64,000 bases of DNA from IMGVR_UViG_3300030019_000003:124001-188000, one strand, 5' to 3'; positions 37,826 through 48,300 are shown, numbered from the stretch's first letter. Numbers and translations: made by a program. Notes: a model not told the origin generated them from the letters alone.

Positions 37826-40783
37826 TTATTTTTTAGCATCTTCTTTAGCTTTGTCTTCTTCTTCTTTTTTCTTCTTAGCCTCATCATCTGCTTTTTTCTT
37901 TTCTTCTTCTTCCTTAGCTTTTTTATCAGCTTCGGCTTTATCATCTACTTCTTTATCCGTAGTTGCATCTGAGTTTTCATCTGTAGTCTCTTCAGGAGCT
38001 TCTTCTGCCTTTTCAGGTTCAGGCTCATCTTCCGTACCGGTATCAGTTGTGTCTGGTTCTTCAGAAGTACCTTCTTCTACAGGTTCATCGGTAGATTCTT
38101 CACTTCCTTCATCTGGTGTAGCTTCCGGTTCTTCTGCGGTATCATTTTCATCACCACCGAAATTATCACTGAAGTCATCACTGCCACCTATATCTCCACC
38201 ATTAGTATCAGTGTCAGTATCGCTACCTTCTTCACCTCCACCAGATGTCTCACCATAAGTATCTTCAGTATCACTAGCACCATCTGCAGGAGCACTCACT
38301 TTTTCCATCTTGATATCAAGTTTTGTTGTCATCTTTTGTAATTCACCAAGGAACGGAACAATAGAGTCACCAAGATTTTTCATAAAGGATGTGAAGTTAC
38401 CAAATGCATTAAAGACATAACCATTAGTATCATCTTTAATAATAAATTCTGATAACTCTGGCATATAGTCATTATCGGCCATCCATTTACGAATCATAAC
38501 TGCTTTTAATACACCTTTAATAATATCAATCTTACCACCTACAGCACCAATAAGTTCTGAACCCATAACTTCAGCTGGGAACATAATATCAATGTTCTCT
38601 TCTAGTGCTGTTTTAAAGGACTGGAAGGCATCGTGGAGTGTTTGAGCTTCAGTTGTCTCTGGAGATGGTAGTTCAGTCTTTATTTCGCTTATGATAATAT
38701 CTATTAACGCATCTAATAAGTCGTCATCTTTTAAATTCTTAATACTACCAACACTATCTTCATTTAGTATATCACGATCGTCATTATTTTTACCAACAGA
38801 ACGAACATGTTTTTTAATCTCAGCAAGCTGTGCTTTTAAAAGTATTTTTAATTTATCTTTAAAAGCGTAATCATTCTTACAAAGTTTTCTGACATGTTTT
38901 GTTACCATAATCATTAGTCTGGTTTGTAACTGTTTTGTTTGTTTAGCAAACAATAAGTTCTTAGCAACAACAGAGGTTGCAAAATCTGAACTATACCCTG
39001 ATTCTACGATTTCAGGTGTTAAGCCGTATGCTAAGTAGATCATTGTTCTAACAGATTCATCTGTACTATCATCAGGTATAACTTTGCTACCACCTTCATT
39101 AGAGATATCTAATGACATGTTAGGTAACCCAGCAGCTTCACCTTTAGGATCAATAATGATACCTGCAGATTGTCCCCACGCTACAAGATCATTAATATTT
39201 GATAAACCAAAAGGTGCAGTACTCGCACGTGTCTTAATATACTCTGATCTAACCATATCAATAGTACCCTGAGGATCAGTATCATTCTCATCAAGATCAA
39301 TAGATATTTTGGTAGTCGTTGTACTGTTCTTAATAGATGCTAGTACTTTTGTAAATAATAAGATAGAACGTATAGAGTGTAACATAGCTGTTTTCTCTAT
39401 AAGAGATTTACCTGTTCCATTCTCTCTATAATCAAAAGCATAGAACGCCATATTTTCAGCTGGGATGTAAACTAATTTTGTACGTTTAGATCTCAAAGCT
39501 CTAAAGAACATTACTCTATAGATATCCGTATTATCTCTGATTGTAGCAAGTGAATCATACCCACCTTTTTCAATTGCTTTACGAATAGCATCATCAACAA
39601 CACGATTATAGATTTCTTCAATGTTCTTAATAGTTGGTTCTTTAGAAGTAATACCTACCAAAGCTGACTTAGCTCTGTTAATAACACTGTTCTCTGTAGC
39701 TTGTAACATATTCGTTCGCATCATATTAGACATCTGATCTTCATTATATTCAGTTGTTGTTCTAATAGGAGAACCTTTCTCATCAAGCATTGCAAAGAAT
39801 CCTATTTGTTTTGTAGGATCGTTAATAACGTATAATGGTATCAGTGACTCAACAGGTATTTTAAATACCATGGCTTTACCAATAGATTTTCTATCTGTTA
39901 GATCATCTGGGGTAATAGATACAAACTCTTTAAACTCATCACCATCATTAATCCTGAATAAACTATAAAGTTCATCATAAACAGGTTGTACGTTAAAATC
40001 AATAGACTCTTTACTTAACTCTTGTTCACGTTTTTCATACGCTCTAGCCGGTTTAAACATGATTGTTTTATCATCAGTGATGTCAAACATAAGATCATCA
40101 GTAGTAAATTTTACATTAGCACCTTTGTCCTCTAATGAGACACCGTCTTTTTTATAAGCAAGACGTGTTACTGAAGATGCCAGTTCACTTTCTGTATATT
40201 CAAAAGAAAGATTTTCCGTAGAAACATGTTTAATTTCTGGATCAGGATCTATTAACTTTCTATCCTCTCCTGATAATTTCTTGTAGTTATCCATATTGAC
40301 TTTACCATCAGTCTTAATGGCATCGGTACCATTAATAAGCATATCGACTGCGGCCTCTGATACAATTACTTGTGCCCATGAACCTTTTGTAAAATAAGCT
40401 TCTCTTAAGATATCGGTTAGCATTTCTTCAAAGTTAAATTCTTTATTTAAATATTTCTCAGTAAGAGAAGCGATCGAAGATTTTAAATCATCGGGTAAGT
40501 TAACTGTTGATAAAGAATATGATATAGTTGTTGATAACAAGTTATTAGGAGATAAGATACTAGCGGTGATGATTTGTATACATTTTTCAATATCTGGAAA
40601 TAATTCTGTAATGTTATCATTGTTTTTTATCTTGTCAATATTATGACGTATCACACCTTGATAATCCACTGTTCTCGCCGGAACGGTCATTTCTCTGGCG
40701 CTAACGTTCAATTTAGTGATTATGGCGGCAGTTCCTAGATCGCCCTTTTCTAACTTAGGTATCAAACCTTTATTTGTATTCAT
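37826..40783 (-). CDS. portal protein (phiKZ gp129-like) with long acidic C-terminal tail
   Basis: LFPDIEKCIQIITASILSPN, LREAYFTKGS, GFFAMLDEKG motifs; start 40783 or 40789; divergent from gp130-like gene. Confidence 0.78.
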   Translation of the reverse strand: MNTNKGLIPKLEKGDLGTAAIITKLNVSAREMTVPARTVDYQGVIRHNIDKIKNNDNITELFPDIEKCIQIITASILSPNNLLSTTISYSLSTVNLPDDLKSSIASLTEKYLNKEFNFEEMLTDILREAYFTKGSWAQVIVSEAAVDMLINGTDAIKTDGKVNMDNYKKLSGEDRKLIDPDPEIKHVSTENLSFEYTESELASSVTRLAYKKDGVSLEDKGANVKFTTDDLMFDITDDKTIMFKPARAYEKREQELSKESIDFNVQPVYDELYSLFRINDGDEFKEFVSITPDDLTDRKSIGKAMVFKIPVESLIPLYVINDPTKQIGFFAMLDEKGSPIRTTTEYNEDQMSNMMRTNMLQATENSVINRAKSALVGITSKEPTIKNIEEIYNRVVDDAIRKAIEKGGYDSLATIRDNTDIYRVMFFRALRSKRTKLVYIPAENMAFYAFDYRENGTGKSLIEKTAMLHSIRSILLFTKVLASIKNSTTTTKISIDLDENDTDPQGTIDMVRSEYIKTRASTAPFGLSNINDLVAWGQSAGIIIDPKGEAAGLPNMSLDISNEGGSKVIPDDSTDESVRTMIYLAYGLTPEIVESGYSSDFATSVVAKNLLFAKQTKQLQTRLMIMVTKHVRKLCKNDYAFKDKLKILLKAQLAEIKKHVRSVGKNNDDRDILNEDSVGSIKNLKDDDLLDALIDIIISEIKTELPSPETTEAQTLHDAFQSFKTALEENIDIMFPAEVMGSELIGAVGGKIDIIKGVLKAVMIRKWMADNDYMPELSEFIIKDDTNGYVFNAFGNFTSFMKNLGDSIVPFLGELQKMTTKLDIKMEKVSAPADGASDTEDTYGETSGGGEEGSDTDTDTNGGDIGGSDDFSDNFGGDENDTAEEPEATPDEGSEESTDEPVEEGTSEEPDTTDTGTEDEPEPEKAEEAPEETTDENSDATTDKEVDDKAEADKKAKEEEEKKKADDEAKKKKEEEDKAKEDAKK

Positions 40784-40805
40784 ATTCATTACCTTAAGGA
40801 TTAAG

Positions 40806-43277
40806 ATGTTCAGTACTCTTGACGAATACAATGAGAAACTCTTGTATCTCACTAATTCCCTAAATATAAAATTAATAGATGTAGCTGCAGCTATGAATAA
40901 TGGGGTTGTTGCTGCTGGATATTCCATCCCTGATAATAAAGAGGAATGGAAATACTTTTTAAATATTTCTGGTCAAAGACATATTACCAATAGCGATGTT
41001 AAAATAACCATTATAGAAACATCTGAAGTAGTTTCTCTTACTAAAGAAATATTAGTAAAATACCCTTATACAAAATCAGAATTGTTAAAACAAGATAAGT
41101 ATTATATCAATCTTACAGAAGCATATCCTAATGATACTTTATTTATTAAAGGGTGTATGTACCCTTGTGATATATCTGCAGCAGTAGCTGCTGATGAGGG
41201 AACTATACTTTCTTATGATACTAATCTGGTAGAAGTTTCTGAATATACCCTAATTTCTGATTTAGAGGGTTATGTTCAACGTTTTCTAAAACGTTGGAAT
41301 GTCAAAGCATATACTATTGTTGATGGGCTTTATCTATCAGGTTTAATAGCAGTACTCTATGCTAATATACCGCCACAAATTACAGCAATACGTGTAAGTA
41401 AGATAAACACTGCTGAAGTACATAGTTTCTTTTTAGAACATTTCTTTCGTTCTAATCTTAATCTGTGGGATGATGTACAGGTACTTAAGCCACAAACGAT
41501 CTATTGGTTATACCGAAATCTAAAATACTTAAGAAAAAACTTAGGTAAACAAAAGACATTAGACCTCATACTAACAAAAGTATTTGATACTAACAGTTAT
41601 GGTGTTGGAACGTATAATATAAAGATACCAGATCAGTTAGTTAATACTAACTTTATAAATGATCCAACAGTCCCGTATTTTAAACGACAAGATCCTATCG
41701 TTGTTAGTGAAGGTCTTAATAAATCATTTACAACAGATAACTCTGAAACATTAACACTACCTGAGTTTATAACATTAGAAGAAACTAGAAGTGTTAATAT
41801 GGATATAGTTCCAACAACAGATATTATAACCTTTGATACAAGTATCTTACAAAATAACTTAAAGTATCAAAGACACAACACTGTTAAAACAAAAGCTATT
41901 ACCGTTAGTACTATTAAACTTTTTGATAGTAAGAATGTTGACATCTTAGAGCTTATCCTTTATTACTGGGCACATGCTGTTAAGAATGATAGTTATAACA
42001 CAGTTGTTGACTATACAGAACCTAATACAGTTTCTATAAGTGCTGATACGTTAATAGATTATACGGATCCTAATAGTAATCAGTTCTTCACATTGACACC
42101 TAGACAAGGTTTATTGTTTTTAATTAAGCAACTATTGTTTATAACTGGTAATACAAGTTTACCATTATCAACTTTAAATTATGCTGTATTATCAACAGAT
42201 ACAGATCGTTTTGATACTGTTGTCAAGAACTCTTATCACGATGGGTATACTGAAACATTCGTACCTTTTATTAAGGATGCCCTACCAAAAGACATGGGTG
42301 ATATGAATAGTGTTTTAGAATTCAACACCTATCTTACTAAAGTGATGGACTACCATGGTTTAGTATGGACACTTGATAGTAATAGTGAAAATGCTCTTGT
42401 AAGTATGAATATTAAAAATATCATGGGTAAGATGTTATTATCCGATACTTTTGATTTAACAACAGCCGGTAAATCATTAACAATTGATGAGCTTATTCTT
42501 AAAGAGAATAAAACCTATACGATGACAAATAACTTTAATGTTTATAACTCTATGACTGTTTTAATAAAAGCATTTACGGGTATAGATATTGATCCTTATT
42601 TAAATATTAGAGATAGGCTAACATGTCTTACGAATATTCTTAATAAGTTAACATCGTATACAGTACAGTGTATTAAGCCTGATGCTGTTAAAGATGAAAT
42701 TCCTGTATACTACAATAACATACAGAACGTTCGTGCAATTAACGGCCTTGTAGCGTGTTTAGATGCCGATCTAACTCCTCTAGAATTAAACTATGTCCAT
42801 ATTAAGGCAATAGCCAATGATTTTAGAGACAGACTTACATTTTTTAGTTATATCACTAATCCGTTAGCAGGGATGTGTTCTAAACCTATTTCAGGATATG
42901 CCGTTATTGATGATACCGTTAATGAGTTTGAGATAGAGACGAGCACACCAGCTACAAGAATAAGTGTTATGGATAAAGTTATCTGTGATGCTAAGTATGT
43001 TAATTACAAAGACCAATTCTTAATAGGAATAACCAGTGAAGTCTATCCTAATGAGAAATTTATAGGTAATGTTGTTGCTAGCTCTGAGGTCCCTATAGAC
43101 GCAGTAGCAAGTTTTAGTACAACTAGCCCTGATACAAGAGTTATTGTCTCTAAGGACCAGCTAGAGGGTCTAGCTGTTGTTATAGAGGATGATGATTTTG
43201 AAATCTATCAACCGTCTCCTATTAGAGATATAGTTGTCTCTGATATTGAAACAATTTATACTGTAGAAAAGCCATAG
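40806..43277 (+). CDS. virion structural protein (phiKZ gp130-like, probable baseplate)
   Basis: WKYFLNISGQRH, LFIKGCMYP, WLYRNLKYL motifs; AAGGA RBS before ATG 40806. Confidence 0.7.
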   Translation: MFSTLDEYNEKLLYLTNSLNIKLIDVAAAMNNGVVAAGYSIPDNKEEWKYFLNISGQRHITNSDVKITIIETSEVVSLTKEILVKYPYTKSELLKQDKYYINLTEAYPNDTLFIKGCMYPCDISAAVAADEGTILSYDTNLVEVSEYTLISDLEGYVQRFLKRWNVKAYTIVDGLYLSGLIAVLYANIPPQITAIRVSKINTAEVHSFFLEHFFRSNLNLWDDVQVLKPQTIYWLYRNLKYLRKNLGKQKTLDLILTKVFDTNSYGVGTYNIKIPDQLVNTNFINDPTVPYFKRQDPIVVSEGLNKSFTTDNSETLTLPEFITLEETRSVNMDIVPTTDIITFDTSILQNNLKYQRHNTVKTKAITVSTIKLFDSKNVDILELILYYWAHAVKNDSYNTVVDYTEPNTVSISADTLIDYTDPNSNQFFTLTPRQGLLFLIKQLLFITGNTSLPLSTLNYAVLSTDTDRFDTVVKNSYHDGYTETFVPFIKDALPKDMGDMNSVLEFNTYLTKVMDYHGLVWTLDSNSENALVSMNIKNIMGKMLLSDTFDLTTAGKSLTIDELILKENKTYTMTNNFNVYNSMTVLIKAFTGIDIDPYLNIRDRLTCLTNILNKLTSYTVQCIKPDAVKDEIPVYYNNIQNVRAINGLVACLDADLTPLELNYVHIKAIANDFRDRLTFFSYITNPLAGMCSKPISGYAVIDDTVNEFEIETSTPATRISVMDKVICDAKYVNYKDQFLIGITSEVYPNEKFIGNVVASSEVPIDAVASFSTTSPDTRVIVSKDQLEGLAVVIEDDDFEIYQPSPIRDIVVSDIETIYTVEKP

Positions 43278-43290
43278 TTCGGTGAACAGA
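43277..43290 (+). repeat. 14-nt post-stop motif GTTCGGTGAACAGA, copy 2
   Basis: Starts at the last base of the TAG stop. Confidence 0.85.
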
Positions 43291-43322
43291 TAACACTAAC
43301 CAGAAAGGTTAGTGTTATCTGT
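43286..43322. terminator. inverted repeat terminator
   Basis: 16-bp arms, 5-nt loop. Confidence 0.7.
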
Positions 43323-43343
43323 ATTTCCAATGTTTTTTAAGAA

Positions 43344-43351
43344 TATATTAT
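43344..43351 (+). promoter_or_regulatory. putative early phage promoter
   Basis: TTTTTTAAGAATATATTAT. Confidence 0.55.
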
Positions 43352-43404
43352 AATATTGTAAATGAGTCGAAATTATTTACAAAAAACATCTTAAGGAGTA
43401 ATCC

Positions 43405-43560
43405 ATGTTGCCAAGTATCAAAGGTTCTAGTGTCTTAGAAAATGCTATTGCAAAATCGCTTAATGCCAAGATTGATCAGATTGAAAAATCTGAAAGAGTC
43501 TCACGTGTCGCAGGGTTAGTAGTTATTGCTACTATCCTTATATTCTTATTCGTATTATGA
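43405..43560 (+). CDS. small protein with C-terminal TM helix (51 aa)
   Basis: Read manually; AAGGAG RBS, own promoter motif and terminator. Confidence 0.65.
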   Translation: MLPSIKGSSVLENAIAKSLNAKIDQIEKSERVSRVAGLVVIATILIFLFVL

Positions 43561-43563
43561 TAT

Positions 43564-43598
43564 AAGATACAGGATGGGTATTACCCATCCTGTATCTT
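43564..43598. terminator. bidirectional inverted repeat
   Basis: 17-bp arms, 1-nt spacer, T tract. Confidence 0.75.
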
Positions 43599-43619
43599 TA
43601 TTATTATTTTTTTTTTATT

Positions 43620-43633
43620 TCTGTTCACCGAAC
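43620..43633 (-). repeat. 14-nt post-stop motif GTTCGGTGAACAGA, copy 3
   Basis: One base after TAA of the gp149-like gene. Confidence 0.85.
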
Positions 43634-43634
43634 A

Positions 43635-44315
43635 TTATCGTTCTAGTACATTTGCTTTAATATGCATCGCTTGAAAATAAGTTTCTAATGTTTTACCACT
43701 GGTAACACCTGAAGAATAATTTCTTAGATCAGCTTGTGAAGCCTCACCAGTATTGAATAACATACTAACTAAGGCATTACCTTCACCTTCATCACCACCA
43801 CGAGTTTTCATAAGCTCAACGATACTTTCATCGAACCCTTGACCTATTAGGATATATAGCTCTGGTCCTGTTAGTTTTGAAGATTTAGAATCTCCCGTTA
43901 CTTGTCCTGTTAAAGAATCTATTTTTTTATAATCTGTTGGTATTGATATCTTCTTCGTTAACAGCTGCGCTACTCTACGAATAGGTAGTAACAATACTAG
44001 TGACTCATGAGGTATAGTGTAACCTGGCAAGTCTTCAGTTTCACTTACTGATAATTTTTGAAAGAAACTATAGCCAAGTTCTTTAGCTATCTTAGTATTA
44101 TTCTCAACACTAATCTTACCTTCAGTATCAGTAGGGACTATAACTGATAAGGTAATCTTATCATTTTCTAGATCTTTCATAAAGACATCAAATTGCTCAT
44201 CTGACATTTTAGAAAATACCTGTTTCTCATAAAGCTCAGATGTAAACGTACTTCCAGTTATTTTTGTAATATACATTAACGCCATATCTTGTACTTTTTT
44301 ACGTGCTGCATTCAT
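43635..44315 (-). CDS. virion RNA polymerase beta C-terminal subunit (phiKZ gp149-like)
   Basis: PIRRVAQLLTKKISIP, IDSLTGQVTGDSKSSKLTGPE, TRGGD motifs; 226 aa. Confidence 0.82.
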   Translation of the reverse strand: MNAARKKVQDMALMYITKITGSTFTSELYEKQVFSKMSDEQFDVFMKDLENDKITLSVIVPTDTEGKISVENNTKIAKELGYSFFQKLSVSETEDLPGYTIPHESLVLLLPIRRVAQLLTKKISIPTDYKKIDSLTGQVTGDSKSSKLTGPELYILIGQGFDESIVELMKTRGGDEGEGNALVSMLFNTGEASQADLRNYSSGVTSGKTLETYFQAMHIKANVLER

Positions 44316-44331
44316 ATCATAACCTTTTAGT

Positions 44332-44359
44332 TATGTAGTAGGGAATTCCCTACTACATA
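44332..44359. terminator. perfect 28-bp palindrome
   Basis: TATGTAGTAGGGAATTCCCTACTACATA overlapping a stop codon. Confidence 0.65.
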
Positions 44360-45201
44360 CCATATTCAATATAAAGATTTCTATCACCTGGTTTGATTAA
44401 ACCGATGTTAAATGTTTTGTGTTGCACTGGAGAATATCCATAAACTTGATAAGGCGCTACATAAACATCTGATGTATCTGTAATAAAATCAGATACTTTT
44501 CCAAGTTTAATAAGTACACGTGGGCGAGTTTCACCACGCATTATGAATGTCTGATTGGAACCTGTTTGTTCAAAAAGATTGGTATCCCTATAGGCACTAT
44601 CAGGATCAGTACCTTGTAGTGTTACAAGTAACGTGGTTGTGATTGAATTCTCAATACCATCTGGTAATTCCATATGAGTCTGTGCTGTAACAAGGTTACC
44701 CTCATTAATGAACTTATCATTGTCATCGATATTGGTAATATTAAGAATAGTGCCAACCATATCAATAAGGTTATCTTTAACAATCATACTATCACTGTTT
44801 CTAAAGAATGAAATCTCAGATATAAATAGAAAATCTGAGAACTTTCTATCGTAAACAACCATACCGCCTGAACTCATAATAGGATTGATAACATCACCCA
44901 CACGAATAAATCTTTTCTTATTGGCATTGCGTTTCTCGTACACTTCGTCACAGATGAAAGTTTCGTAATCTACATTACCAAGTTTAACAGGCACAGGGGT
45001 GTTAACTGTTTTATAAACAAATCGTGATAGTTCAGCATCATCAATTGTCATAAATGGTCTACCTGCTTTTAAAGAAAATCTTAAAACTATTTTTGATACC
45101 TTACGCTCATACGTACCATCAGCATTTTTAACAGTGTTGTATACGGTAGCATACCTGTCTTCTAATTTGTCAGCATAATCATTTACTATTTTTACAGCCA
45201 T
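44353..45201 (-). CDS. hypothetical, probably virion protein (282 aa)
   Basis: AGGA RBS; synteny between gp149-like and UvsX genes. Confidence 0.7.
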   Translation of the reverse strand: MAVKIVNDYADKLEDRYATVYNTVKNADGTYERKVSKIVLRFSLKAGRPFMTIDDAELSRFVYKTVNTPVPVKLGNVDYETFICDEVYEKRNANKKRFIRVGDVINPIMSSGGMVVYDRKFSDFLFISEISFFRNSDSMIVKDNLIDMVGTILNITNIDDNDKFINEGNLVTAQTHMELPDGIENSITTTLLVTLQGTDPDSAYRDTNLFEQTGSNQTFIMRGETRPRVLIKLGKVSDFITDTSDVYVAPYQVYGYSPVQHKTFNIGLIKPGDRNLYIEYGM

Positions 45202-45210
45202 TGTTATATC

Positions 45211-45657
45211 CTAAGCTAAAGTTTCATAAACTCTGTTATGTTTAAAGAATCCGCATACTCGTGAGTAAATACGTTCAAGCCAAGACATAACATCGCCATC
45301 ATTAAAAAACTCTAAAAAGATGGGTAATACAGAATTTCCAGATCTGCTTACGTATCTTAGAGAGATTAATCTAAAGTGTCTATTAATAATACAGCGCTGC
45401 ACATCACTTGATTTATCCTTAATTGCTATAATAGAAGGATCGGATGTAAAGGCCTTGATAGCCTCTGGCATAGCAGCAACTTTAAAGCATCTTACAATTA
45501 AATCATATACGTCAACATCATTAACATCTTTTGGAGCAAAATAACGCTCCACGCCTTCAGCAATAGGTTTTCGTCCGGAACCATTTACTAATTTTAATCC
45601 GGCTTTCTTAGCTTCTTCCCTAACATCAACCGGGACTGAGGGTTTATTACTTCTCAT
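45211..45657 (-). CDS. hypothetical protein (148 aa)
   Basis: AAGGAAG RBS; operon context. Confidence 0.7.
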   Translation of the reverse strand: MRSNKPSVPVDVREEAKKAGLKLVNGSGRKPIAEGVERYFAPKDVNDVDVYDLIVRCFKVAAMPEAIKAFTSDPSIIAIKDKSSDVQRCIINRHFRLISLRYVSRSGNSVLPIFLEFFNDGDVMSWLERIYSRVCGFFKHNRVYETLA

Positions 45658-45851
45658 AACACTTCCTTTTCTTCTTTTATTTTTTCTTCAATACAGGATA
45701 TTATTGTTACATTATTTTTGGGATAGTCATTTTTAAATTCCATTACAGCATAATCTTTAGCTTCCTCTTCTGAAGAAGCTATCTTTACTATATGTTTATC
45801 CCCTAATGATTTTACATCACTTCTTAGCAACAGGTTGTACAAACTTAGCAT
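45654..45851 (-). CDS. small hypothetical protein (65 aa)
   Basis: AAGGAG RBS; ATGA overlap downstream. Confidence 0.6.
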   Translation of the reverse strand: MLSLYNLLLRSDVKSLGDKHIVKIASSEEEAKDYAVMEFKNDYPKNNVTIISCIEEKIKEEKEVL

Positions 45852-47280
45852 ATTGCTCCTTCACCGTCTTGTCTTCATTAAGAAAATAAGGAAAGTATAA
45901 ACCTTTACGCATTTTCAGTAAATCAACGCTACTTAGGTATGGTACCGGATTATCATATTGATTAATAGTCCAATATTCACGTGTTTGCAATAGCATATTC
46001 CAATCATAACCTTGCGCTTTAAGATCGTCATAAAGTTCTTTAGGCGTACAGAGTAAACCGATACGTTCTATTTCAGATTTATAAATACTGATCTGAAACA
46101 ATTCAGATGTAATATTAAGAGCTCTTCGTAATAGCGCATTGTTATCAATCTTTTCACGTACCGTTGTTCTGCTTAACGTTACATCTGGTAAAAGATCTAA
46201 GCTGTAATACTTATCATTACCGCCAATACCATACCTACCATTTTCTTTAATGTTGTGAAACTCGGACAATGCTGGCATCACACCATCTGTTTGCGATACG
46301 ACTAAAGTAATAGTACAACCACTTACACCTGTTTTACTTCTTAGAACACTAAGTCTAACCGTATTAAGATCAGTATCATTATGGTCGGTAGGGCCATTAG
46401 GATACTCAGGACCTTTAGTACCTTGATTCTTAAGTACAGAAGCGGTATGAGCAAACCAACCGTTTGTTAATAAAAATGTAAACTTACTACTAACACCTTT
46501 TAAAGCATCCCCTGTCTTAAGAAACTGAAGTTGTCTTGTCGGTTGATTATAAGCAGCAGGACCTGTAGCCATGTCTACTTTAGTACCAATATGTGCCGTC
46601 ATTAGCAGACATGTGTTTGACGAGTCTGTTAGTCGTGGTAATGTTGACATCCATTTTGTTTTAAACTTGCTTTGCTGTAAAGCATAAGTATTTGTATCCG
46701 ATTTATCAATATCCTTTTCTAACATAATAGCGGTACTGGATGCTTCAAATTCAGTAATACTGTCAACTGCTGTAAAGCTTGGTATATAGGTTACCAACTC
46801 TTTTTTAGTATAAGGATCTGTAAAAGCTTGATACACCATTTTGCTATTTTTATCTTTAAGCTTTTCTTTAATATACTCTCCAAAAATATTAGCAAACTCA
46901 TCTGCGAACATATGACCTTTATCGGTTACTGTCCATGCTGCTTCGGCTCCTGTGATAATCTCAGGAGGTAGATTAGGAAATCTAGCAGCTAATGTTTCTA
47001 AACGACTTAAGGATGTATTGTTTTCAGTGTCATAGGTTAGCATAACTGTTTTCATTGCTTCAAAAATTCTATTTGCTGCCTGTAACATCATGTATTGTAT
47101 AATAGTGCTTTTAAAGCTATTACCAGGACCAACAACAGCTGTTACTTGTCCTAAGCCGCCATTGATAATTGTCTCGCCTCTCTTACCTATAATAAACGAC
47201 GCTGTAGGTATATCTAGCAAAGCGCCAATGTTAATTAAAATCTTTGGGGTTGTCTTTTCTTGTACGTTAAAACCTACCAT
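45817..47280 (-). CDS. uvsX: UvsX/RecA-like recombinase (phiKZ gp152-like)
   Basis: Walker A GPGNSFKST, YDTEN, VDSITEF, MTAHIG, LRSKTGVSG. Confidence 0.88.
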   Translation of the reverse strand: MVGFNVQEKTTPKILINIGALLDIPTASFIIGKRGETIINGGLGQVTAVVGPGNSFKSTIIQYMMLQAANRIFEAMKTVMLTYDTENNTSLSRLETLAARFPNLPPEIITGAEAAWTVTDKGHMFADEFANIFGEYIKEKLKDKNSKMVYQAFTDPYTKKELVTYIPSFTAVDSITEFEASSTAIMLEKDIDKSDTNTYALQQSKFKTKWMSTLPRLTDSSNTCLLMTAHIGTKVDMATGPAAYNQPTRQLQFLKTGDALKGVSSKFTFLLTNGWFAHTASVLKNQGTKGPEYPNGPTDHNDTDLNTVRLSVLRSKTGVSGCTITLVVSQTDGVMPALSEFHNIKENGRYGIGGNDKYYSLDLLPDVTLSRTTVREKIDNNALLRRALNITSELFQISIYKSEIERIGLLCTPKELYDDLKAQGYDWNMLLQTREYWTINQYDNPVPYLSSVDLLKMRKGLYFPYFLNEDKTVKEQYAKFVQPVAKK

Positions 47281-47318
47281 TTTTCATCCTTACTATATAT
47301 TCTATCTAAAAACGTGTT

Positions 47319-47342
47319 TATAAAATATTGCCAGTTAATTGA
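47319..47342 (+). promoter_or_regulatory. 24-bp intergenic motif, copy 1
   Basis: TATAAAATATTGCCAGTTAATTGA, 23/24 identical to 50894-50917. Confidence 0.6.
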
Positions 47343-47370
47343 CTAAATACCCTAATTAAGGAAGATACCC

Positions 47371-48300
47371 ATGAATAAAGAACTAGCTGTTGAACATGCT
47401 GAAATCATCGAAAGTCTTAATGACATTAAAAAACACGGTGAATTCATGTCAACAATCGCACATGAAGATTTAGCTTCTGTTTTGGTTAGTATTAAACAGT
47501 ACTTTACTAAATTCATTCCAAATGTTGCTAAAGCATTTGCGGAAAATGCTGATAGATTAACAAAGTTTGATAAAGATCATTACAATAGTTTTATCAGACA
47601 GATCTATGAAATTGAAACAGATATTAAGAAAATTGCAGAGGTTCCTTATAGCTCTGTAATGGATGTTAAAGTACCTGTCATGCTAGGTATGAAACAAAAC
47701 CTACTCACCACAGCTAGCGAGCTTAAGAAAGCATCAACAGTTATCAATGATAATCTAAGAGTACTCCTAGAATATACTGACATCTTTATTTCACTTGTAT
47801 TGTCAAATGAAGATTTTAGAACAGCTTCTCGTGTTAACTATGCTATGTTGTATCAACGTTATCGCGAAGATCATAAGGGTAACCCTTTAACAGCTGATAA
47901 GATCTATGGTATTACCTATGAGCTAGAGGCTATTGTAGATAAACTTATTGACCCTAAGAATCATAGCGATCAAAGATTTATTAAGGAACTTGTTCCTAAT
48001 ATTAATAGTCTTTACTTCGTACAAGCAGATATACTAGAAGCTGCTAAAGGTACAACATTTGCAGATACTGAAAATATTCAAACTGAAGTAACAAAATTAT
48101 CAGAACGCGCTGATGTACTTTATGATGTTATCACAACGGATACAGAGTTTAAAATTAATAAAGCCTTGATCAATGAGTTAGCAGGTGTACTAGAAGATAG
48201 CGGTAGAGCTATTACTTCTGCAGTGACCCTATGGCACATTATGAATCAAACGGCAACCACATTAAAATTTACTGTTGACACTATCAAACGTTTTAAATAG
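47371..48300 (+). CDS. head/inner-body protein (phiKZ gp153 position)
   Basis: AAGGAAG RBS; helical 309 aa; synteny between UvsX and RNase H. Confidence 0.6.
   Translation: MNKELAVEHAEIIESLNDIKKHGEFMSTIAHEDLASVLVSIKQYFTKFIPNVAKAFAENADRLTKFDKDHYNSFIRQIYEIETDIKKIAEVPYSSVMDVKVPVMLGMKQNLLTTASELKKASTVINDNLRVLLEYTDIFISLVLSNEDFRTASRVNYAMLYQRYREDHKGNPLTADKIYGITYELEAIVDKLIDPKNHSDQRFIKELVPNINSLYFVQADILEAAKGTTFADTENIQTEVTKLSERADVLYDVITTDTEFKINKALINELAGVLEDSGRAITSAVTLWHIMNQTATTLKFTVDTIKRFK

Noticed and set aside
37851-38258. Ser/Phe-rich ORF on plus strand
   Set aside because: Antisense shadow of the portal's low-complexity acidic tail; no RBS
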